A stretch of 64,000 nucleotides of DNA from Camelus dromedarius. Its lineage: Eukaryota. Below are positions 55,538 through 64,000 of this stretch, piece by piece (positions within the stretch are counted from its first letter, which is position 1; the number at the start of each line of letters is the position of its first letter). The DNA lies in assembly GCF_036321535.1 (NCBI RefSeq), contig NC_087453.1:124001-188000 (forward strand). The letters run 5' to 3'. Position numbers and translations under genes: made by a program. The notes beneath the pieces were generated by a model. The model was not told the DNA's origin, did no database searches, and saw nothing but the letters and a program-made list of their open reading frames with translations.

Positions 55538-58492
55538 CTTTTAAACCTTTTCTCCCAAGAGGTTTCAGTGATCCAAAGCACCAATGTAGCGGGGCTTTTA
55601 AAATAACGTTTGCTGTAAAGCAAGAGCTGGGAGTTGGGTCCCCTGGGGCCAGGCGCGGCCACGATAAAGCGCCACATTTTCCTCTGAACTCCCGTGTCTG
55701 TGGTTGTCAGGGAGGGAGGAACACTCCCCCCAAGGGCCCTGTACGTGTCCTTCCCTCCAGATCTCCCTCAGAGAGCCCAACTCCCAGCATGGACCACGCA
55801 CTGCTCCATCCTTACAGGACTCTACCCTAGACAGAGTGGGTGGGAGGCAGGAATTGTGGGCCCCCGCCCCGCACCCTCCCAGCCCTCATTCCCCTCCTGT
55901 TTCACCCCCTACCCAGGTCTCATTCTCCTCATCTCCTCCTTAGAACTTCCTTCAAGCCCAGCGACTGCCCCTCTGCCCTACTGCCCTGACAGTGCTTCTC
56001 TCCCAAGGAGGCTGGAGGGGTTGACCTTGTATGTAGACATGACATCCTAGGGCCCCCATCCATCAGTCTCAACCTAGTGTCCCCAGAGAGGGCAGCACCA
56101 TGACAAACCCACGATGCTCCCCAGGGTGATCTGTCCAGGCTCTGCCCAGAGACACAGAGTCGTTGACCAGAGCAAGGGGCTCAGGCCTCACATCTCAAGC
56201 TTCCTACCCTGAAACACATCACACTGCCCTTTGGCCCCACCCCCCCAGCAGGACTGGACACCCTCTTTCCACGTGCCTCCTTGGTCCCCCTCACTAGGGA
56301 GCCCGTGGGCACAGGGGAAGTTCACAACAATCATCTTGGGCGATTCTTCTTTCCTGGGACGGGGTCCTGAGTGAGCCCTCTGCACACTCACACATGTCTC
56401 AGGGCCCGACAGGTCTTCTCAGCCAAGAGGCGGGGTCATGTGTCCCTCAGTCCCGGCTCCCACCCCCCCATAGCATATGGGGTCCAGCTGACCTCTGACA
56501 ACCCCGATGTGCAGTGCTTTCCCCTGGGATTTGGGTCACTGAGACACGGAGGTGCTGTGTGCTGCTCTGGGCCCGCAGTGAGCCTGAATCTGATGACACG
56601 TGTGAGCACATGAGGCTCCAAGCATGGCTGTGTTGTGGCGACAGTGTGACCGTGTGACTCATCATGCCCAGCCATCAGGGTGACCGTGTGACACCGAGTG
56701 TGTCTGAGGCTGTGTGTGTGCACATGGGTGTGCAAGTGCTTGTGTGTAAGCCTGGATGTCCATGCACGTGGGCCTGCTGCCTGAGCGTGTGGAGAGGTGA
56801 ACTGGGTGTGGGGCTGTTTCTATAGGTGTCCTGCCTCTCAGAGACCAGGTGACATCAGCTCTGTGTTAACTCACAAGCCCCACACCTCAGCTGGCGGAGT
56901 GGGAGAGTGGCGAGTGGCACCTGGGCCCCTATCCCCCATCCCTTTGTGAGCAGGACCCAGAAACCTCAAAGACAAAGGGACACAGTAAGACACACATACA
57001 GGGACAGAAACAACCAAGCTGAGGAGGGCAGGATATGGATTCGGAGGTGGAGAGAGCAGTCCTGGGCGGGCAGAGGGAAAGACAGAAACAGCCCACAGAC
57101 ACCAAGGACAGGGCTGGTCCACAGGAGGGGGCAGGAATGAGGCACAAAGGGATGAGGGTGGTCCATCCAGCCACATCCGTCATGGGGGGCTCTGAGGCAC
57201 CAATGCTGAGTCCTGGACTCGAGCATGAAGGCCCCCAGCACTCAAGAGTGCACACACCCAGCTCAGGGCCCCCAACTCCCACTCTGGGCCAGCCCCTGGT
57301 GAGGGGCTGGGTGACCCACTCCTTGGATCCTGGGGGTCCACCCCCCACCGCCATGGGGACAGCCTCTGCAGGATGGGACCATCACAGCCAGAGTCTAGGA
57401 ACCTCTGCCCCAGGTGTGGATCCTCCCATCCCCTCACCCTACCCACCCAACCCCAGGCCAAGGCCAGGGGAAGGGAGGACCAGCCCAGCCTCTCCTACAG
57501 CCTAGGCCATGTGAACGGCCTCCCTGCCTGGACCCACCTGTGCCCCCAGCCCAGAGACACCCACTGACACACCCAGAGAAAGGCAGCAGACAGGCAGACG
57601 TGGCTGTCTGTCTCTCGTGGGTCAATCTTCTAACATCATTCTGAGCACCTCACCCCACCCTCAGGTTGGGGGATGGGGACCACAAGGTACCTCAGGCTGG
57701 CACAGGCCGCACCGCCCCAGTAGGGAGGGGCAGAGTGGCTTGCTCTCCAGAAGCCCTTCCCCCAGGGGGGCCCAATTTGGGGCTAGGGGCATCCAGGAGC
57801 AGGATCAGGCCAGGACACGTGTGCACACTCACAGAGGGTGGCTGTTTTCAGTAGGTCCCTCCCAGGACACCCTGCCTGGGGAGCTCCCCAAGGGACCTGG
57901 CTCTACCCCTGCTGGACTGGACAGCCCTCTTGGGCAGGACCAAGGGCCCCAGGGCCTGGCTGGTTCCAGCCCTGGGTCAGGCGTCCCCTTACCCCCCCTC
58001 CCCCTCCTGGCTCCACCCACCTGCTTCCCTTAGGGTCAGAGAAGGGAAGTCCCCACCCCCAGCTCCCGCTGAGTCAGGCCCGCCAGGAACAGACCCAGGC
58101 GACCTAGCTCCTGGCGGGAAGTTCTAGCAGCCCTGCCTGGCATGAGCCCCAGCTCCCACACCCAGGACCCAGCCTGGCCCTGGAGTGACCTGAGCTGAGG
58201 TGTTGAACCCTCCCCAGCAAGCCACCCTGAGGAGGAAGTCAGGGAGGGGCTGCTGAAAGCAGGTAGGGTCTACCTCTCTCCCTAGTAGACACAGTCATCA
58301 CTTCAGACACCCTCAGGAATACCACACACACAACCAGCCACACACCACACCAGGACCAAGGCTGCACTCATACACCGACCCCAGTAACACTGTGCTGGGT
58401 GGGTAAGGAGGGACCCAACTGTCCACTCAACTGGACAAACACTGGACAGTCCAGCCACTCAGCTCACATCCTACAAACCCTACATATACTTC

Positions 58493-58626
58493 GTTTTGGG
58501 CGGGGTAATTAGGTTTATTCATTCATTTATTTTTTTATTGTTCTTTTTCATGGAGGTGCTGGGGATTGAACCCAGGACCTTGTACATGCCAAGCACCCAC
58601 TCTACCACTGAGCTGCATTCTCCCCG
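58493..58626 (-). mobile_element. tRNA-derived SINE (camelid type) with 12-bp TSD
   Basis: Minus strand: gggagaatgcagctcagtggtagag (A box) ... ggttcaatcccc (B box) agcacctccatgaaaaa...aataaacctaattacccc. TSD tacatatacttc (58481-58492) / tacatacacttc (58627-58638). Confidence 0.85.
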
Positions 58627-58639
58627 TACATACACTTCT

Positions 58640-59100
58640 AAGTGGACAATTCATCAGGTTTTAATATATTCACAGGGTTGCACAACTATGGCCACTAGTT
58701 TTTAGCGCTTCTCCATCACGCCCAAAAAGAAACTCATCTCCATTAGCTGTTCGTTCTCATCCTCCTTGCTCCCAGCCCCTGGGAAACACTAATCTGCTTT
58801 CTGTCTCTGTGGATTTGCCTGTTCTGGACGTTCCACATAAATGGAATCACACAGTAAGCGCCCTTTTGAGTCTGGTTTCTCTTACTGAGCATCATGTCTT
58901 CAAGGTTCATCCATGTTGTAGCATAAATCACTACTTTGTCCCTTTTAAGGGCTGAATTATATTCCATTGTGTGGAGAAACCTTACTGCATTTACCTACTC
59001 GTCAACTGAAGGACAGTTAGGTTGTCTCCACGTTTTGGCTGCTGTGATTAGTGTTCCTATGAACATTCCTGTGCAAGGTTTTATGTGGATGTGTTTTCAT
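58640..59100 (-). mobile_element. Old L1 (L1MB-like) 3' region
   Basis: 'cagcccctgggaaacactaatctgctttctgtctctgtggatttgcctgttctggac', 'aaggttcatccatgttgtagcat', 'atattccattgtgtgg'. Confidence 0.85.
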
Positions 59101-59479
59101 TAAAGTAACATAAATCCGTATCTCTAAGTCTGAGCAAACAGGTTAAGTACCTTAAATCCATATGCTGGAGCAGTTACCCAAGAAAGTCAGAGCAGCTGAC
59201 CTCTAACCCCAGCGAGGCCCCCAACACCAAGACTCAATCCTCAGCTCACTCCAGACTGGGGAGGGGCCCCAAGGAGCAGGCTCCAGTCCAGTCCACAGAG
59301 GGTCTTGGCCAAGTGTGTGCGAGTTCCCTGCCCAGAACTGGGCGGGGGGGAGGGGGGAGCACTGGGATTCCTCCTTTGTGTTTCAGAGCACGGCCCCGCT
59401 CAGCTTCCTCCCACCCCCTCTACTTCTGCACCGGCGCTCAGCCTCCCAGGGAAGCCCAGCCTTGCTTTATCTCCCACGA

Positions 59480-59790
59480 CCCCGCCCTGTGTGCCCCACA
59501 GTCCCGCGCTCAGTCCGGCACTGCCCAGTATCACAGGACCCCGCCCTGTTCCCCACGACCCCGCCCCATCCCCACGCCCCAGCCCGCCCGCGCGAGAAAA
59601 CAGGAAGGGGCCCGCGGCAGCAGCGGTGCGAGGAAGCGCAGGAAGCAGCGGCTGGTGCGGCGCTTATCTCCGGCCGCAGCCGAACCCCTGGCCTCGCGCC
59701 CCGCGCAGGCCGGGCAGGGGAGGGGACGCTGGGGCTGAGGAGGACAGGCCTGCTCACCTGGCGGGGCGTCCTGGCCGCCTCACCCCCAAG
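59480..59790. promoter_or_regulatory. Small CpG cluster with ETS/GATA motifs downstream of SOX18 (candidate enhancer)
   Basis: AAAACAGGAAG (59597-59607), GAGGAAG (59630-59636), CAGGAAG (59639-59645) and CTTATCT (59663-59669). Confidence 0.45.
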
Positions 59791-61466
59791 CCACAACTGA
59801 GCCATGGAGGGAGGCCTAGCTGGGCCCCTCCAGGCCGGAGGTGACCCAAGGACCAGCGCCCAACCCCAGGGAGTCCGGCCTCCAGGTCCTGACCTCCTCA
59901 TTTCCCCCCAGACAAGGGCTCATTTCACTCAGCAGGTGCAGGATCCCTGCTGCTTCTTCCCAACTTTAACTGGGGGGGGGGGGGGGCAGAGCACACTGGT
60001 TGTTTGTTTCTGTGTTTACAAAGCTGGGTCTATTCCTAGGCAGGGGGCAGGATGGGGACTGAGCCTGGACGCCCCCCAGGGTCCCGCAGGCCACTGGCAG
60101 GGACAATGGTCTCCAACACCTGGTATTCCCCCTCCCGTGAGTCTCTGCTTTGCTTCCTGGAGTGGGAGCCTCTTTGTTTCTGCGTCAGCCACAGCTGGGG
60201 CAGGCGCCTCCTTGCATGCCTGCGGGGCTGGGGGACCCCACACTCGGGCTCGCAGGCAAGGGCCAGATGCCCTTTTAGGTCAGGTGCAGGTGTTTCCTCC
60301 AGGGCCCGCATAGCACCCGGCACCAGATGCAAGTCCTGGCTAACTCACGTCCTGTCCCACAGCCGTGCTCCGTGAAAATGGGAAGTGCGCCTCCAGGGCC
60401 TGGCATGGCAGGTCCTTCCCTCCACCACCCACCACCTCCTGGTGCTCAGCGGGGCTAGGGTGGTGGCCAGTGGGGGAGGGGAGGGGGGAGGGGAGGGGGA
60501 GGTGCCGGGGAGCCCAGGAGCTGGCCTAGGGCAGGACAAAGGCAGTCTGCAGCCCTCAGAAGGGCCAGCACTCTGGGCTGGCACAGACCCCACCCTGCAG
60601 CCCCTTGGAAGCCTGGGAAGGGGCGGAGGTGGGAGGTGGGGGTGGGGAGAGAGAGGAGCAGGGTGAGGAACGGGGAACACACAAGTGGCAAAGTTGGGAT
60701 TCACTTTTTGGTTTTCAAATCCAGAGACTAGTTAGCCTGTCGCCCGTGTTCCAGATGTTCTTTCAAAGGCTCCCAGTCTGGGGAGGTCGTGGGACCCAGA
60801 CTACCCTTCAAAGCCTGCCTGGCCCCTCCCTGCGGCACTGCACATGGGGGGTCTGGCTCCCTGGCCAGTGCCCTGCGGCCCCATCTGCCACCCTGGCACA
60901 GCCCCTCCTTCTGGGCCCCACCCCTCCACCTCCATGGAAGCAGCTGAGAAGGCACGTGTGTGGGCTAGGACAACCCCACCACGCATGTGCCCCAAAAACA
61001 GCGTTTTACGGAGGAAGAACCAGGCTCGGGCCCCTTTCTTGACAGGGAGGGCAGTGCACCCAGGCCTGGCAGATGCCTCGAGGCCTCGATTCCTCGAAAG
61101 ACAGGGCCTGCCCACCAGGTCACAACCCCCACAGTCTGGCCTGCGTGGCCCCACGGCCAATGGCTCTGTCCCTACGGTTTAGTCTCCTTCCATGTCTGTC
61201 GGCTCTGGTCAGTTTCAGCCAGTGAACATCAGAGCAGCTCACGGGGTGCCCTGGTGTCGGAGTCTGAGGAGCAGGCACCTCTGAGTCCTCTAATGGGGTC
61301 TGAGCAGGGCGGCCCCAGCTTCCCCCCCCATCCCATGTCTCTGTGTCTCTCAGCAGCTCAGTGTGGCTCTGCGCCTGCCCCAGACCGGGTCTGTCCCCAG
61401 CCTGGACAAGTGACCTTTGTCCCAGAAGCCAGAAGCCCACCCTGCTCCCAACTGCATGAAGAAAGA

Positions 61467-61877
61467 TGCTGAAGTGGGTTGAATGGCGGCCCCAGAGATA
61501 CATCCACCTCCCAGAACTTGTAAGCAGGATCTTATTTGGAAAAAGGGTCCTGACAGATGTGATTAAGGATCTTGAAGTGAGGAGATCATCCAGGTGGCCC
61601 TAAATCCAGTGGCAAAGATGCTCGTAAGAGAGAGAAGAAAGAGGCAGACATCGGAGCAATGTAGCTGCGAGCCAGGGAGTACTTGGAGCCACCAGAAGCT
61701 GCAAGAAGCAAGAGCAGATGCTCCCCTGGAGCCCCTGGAGGGAGCACAGCCCGGCAACACCAGATTTCAGGTCAGTGATCCTGATTCTGGACGTCTGGCC
61801 TGCAGAACTTTGAGAGAAGAAACTTCTATTGTTAAGCCACACAGCTTGTTATACAGCAGCCCTAGGAGACTGATGCA
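61467..61877 (+). mobile_element. MaLR solo LTR (MLT1A-C-like)
   Basis: 'gggttgaatggcggcccc', 'cttatttggaaaaaggg', 'ggccctaaatccagtg', 'gagccaccagaagctg', 'cctgcagaactttgagaga', 'tacagcagccctaggagactgatgca'. Confidence 0.85.
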
Positions 61878-63125
61878 GATGGTTTCTGAGATGTGGGGAC
61901 AGAGGCTGGCCCCTCATCTGGGGATTGGCAGAAGCAGGACTGGGCAAGATGTGCAGAGCCTCTGCCCAGCACTGAGGCCTCAAGAAAAGGTGCAGAAGGT
62001 GGACACTGTGTGTGTTGGGGGGGGGGTGTTGTGCTGAGAACAACTTAGAAGTGAGATGGGGGTGGGGGACACTGGGTTCTGAGAGCTCAGGCCACAGGCC
62101 TCCAGCCCCCACACCCAGGGCAGACCAGGGTTACAAATCAGGAGGGGCTGCCTGAGAGGGAAGCTCAGCCAGGCAAGGGGAGGCGGGAGGCAGGAGGCTG
62201 CGCCAGGTCAGGGAGCCTGGACCCGTGTGTGCACGCACACAAGCACACACACCTGCACACACCTGCACGTACACGCCGCATACACACTCACTCACATCCA
62301 CATTCTAGGGCAGCTCTGGCAGGAGCCCCCAGGAAGGAACAGTGGGGCCAGGGTGCAGGAGTATCTTGTCCACTCATGTGTCTGCAGCCCAGGACTCAGA
62401 TGGGGATTGTCCACCCATAACTCTGAGGCCCCACCCCTCCCCACAGCTGCCCCAAAACTGTGGCTGGTTTGCACCTGCTTCAGGCATGGGTGGATGGAGG
62501 GGCGGCCCTGGAAGCCACATCCAGATGCTGTTAGGAGAGGCATGCTCTTCCCCCCAGGCCCTCGGGCTAGGGCAGGCCCAAGTGCCAGGAGCTAGTCCCT
62601 GCACCCAGGCCTGTGGACTCTTACTGACCTTCCCCAGGCCCAGCTCAGCTGTGCCATGCCTTGTGCCCCAACCAGAGTGGGCCTTTTACCTCCTAGCTGG
62701 ACACCTGACTGCACCCCAAGGCTTGCCTGGCGGGAGCCCAGCGAGGGGAGTAGCCCATCAGGCATGGGCCTGCTCCCCTCACCACACTCATCAGGGTTTC
62801 CCAAGTGGAGTCTGAGGCCAGGACCTTAGGGCTGGCTGGACCTCCCCTCACCCCTTCGTGTCCAGGCCCACCTCCTTCAGCCCCACCTCACCACACAGGC
62901 CCCCTGCACACGCCACCTCCACGCACAGTGCAGGGACAGGGATCTGACTCAACCCTGCCTCTGACGTCCCTCCTCGGCTTAGACCCTGCTGGGCGGGCAC
63001 TGCCAAGCTCCCCCCTCACATGCTCGAGCCCCAGCTGGAGCCCCCACAGCGCGCCCTTCCCCACAGCCCACTGACCACACCAGGGAGTGTGCGGAGCACA
63101 AGTGCTGTGAGAATGCTCCGTGCGG

Positions 63126-63163
63126 GTGTGTGTGTGTGTGTGTGTGTGTACGTACGTACGTAC
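63126..63163. repeat. Compound (GT)n-(GTAC)4 microsatellite
   Basis: Direct inspection; 38 nt of uninterrupted purine-pyrimidine alternation. Confidence 0.95.
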
Positions 63164-64000
63164 CACAGGCGTCACCCTCACATTCAGAGAGCATGGCCCC
63201 CTAGGTGAGCTGTACCTCGTGGCCTGGGAGCCTATAAGGTCACTGAATCACACTGAGGACCCCATTTTGTGCCCAGGGCACATGTGCGGTGTAGCGCTGC
63301 TGGGGCCTGGCTCTCATCCCAGCTCTTAGCTTTCTGGCTGTCCTGTGACCTCCCAGAGCCTCAGCTCCCTGGTCTGTAGAACAGTCATGCCTGCTGCACA
63401 GACTGCGTATGTTGACACACAGAGCAGGGCTGGGTCGGGGCAGTTGTGCCAGCTCCATCAGGAAGACCTTTCTGCACCTCCTGCCTGCCTTCGTTCTGCG
63501 GGGTAGCCCAGAGGGAAGGCCTGCTTGAGTGCCTCCGGGGTACGTCCACCTGTCAAGGAGAAGAGTGATGACAGGTGTTGTGTCCACCAGGCCCTCCACC
63601 TTTGGCCAGGTGCTCTGCTTGCTCAACTGTCTCCTCTCCTCCAGAGGCTTTCATTACAGGGGGGCCATCCCTCCAGGCCTATGCAGCTGCACGTGGGGGA
63701 GTCCAGGGATTAGCGACCCCCAACCCCGCCAAGCAAACATTGGGTCCCAGGACACAAGCCAGTGTGTCCCTGGCCAGCCTGTCCAGTCCCACAGAGGGGG
63801 CTGCCGCCACCCTTCCCGGGGCTGCAGGAAACGGCCTGGCCCAGCTTCCCTTCAGGCCCATTTCCTTTATCCGGTTGTTTTGCTCTGAATGCACAAAGCT
63901 CAGCCTTCCCCTCCCCTCCATTTCCACCCCTTCCCCCATTCCAGAGTGGAGCAGGCCGGATATGCCACATTTTAGGGCGGCAGGAGTCCCCGGGTGGCGG

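Noticed and set aside
58555-58626. tRNA-like sequence with A and B boxes
   Set aside because: Head of a SINE with an A-rich tail and TSD; no proper acceptor stem, so not a tRNA gene.
63200-64000. Possible start of the next syntenic gene (C20orf204/PRPF6 side)
   Set aside because: No recognisable coding exon of these genes is visible before the window edge.

Overview
GC-rich mammalian genomic DNA carrying the conserved gene block NPBWR2(+) - OPRL1(-) - LKAAEAR1(+, nested antisense in OPRL1 intron 1) - RGS19(+) - TCEA2(-) - SOX18(+). This is the reverse complement of the block on human 20q13.33. A tRNA-derived SINE with an 'aataaacctaattacccc' tail and the L1 3' ends suggest a camelid (inference). 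All six CDSs could be spliced by hand into intact, full-length proteins: 335, 370, 202, 217, 301 and 389 aa. There are two assembly gaps. I found no evidence for a new protein-coding system; the many long unannotated ORFs are GC or low-complexity artefacts. The most interesting unexplained signals are: (1) an orphan CpG island plus a well-formed minus-strand exon, suggesting a spliced antisense transcript that would nest NPBWR2; (2) a U12 AT-AC intron in TCEA2; (3) two independent, inverted L1-tail insertions forming a 120-bp stem in the OPRL1 pre-mRNA; (4) a mirtron-like hairpin at the RGS19 exon-2 acceptor; and (5) a FOX:ETS/ETS/GATA cluster downstream of SOX18. Protein identities and repeat-family names come from recognition, not from database searches.
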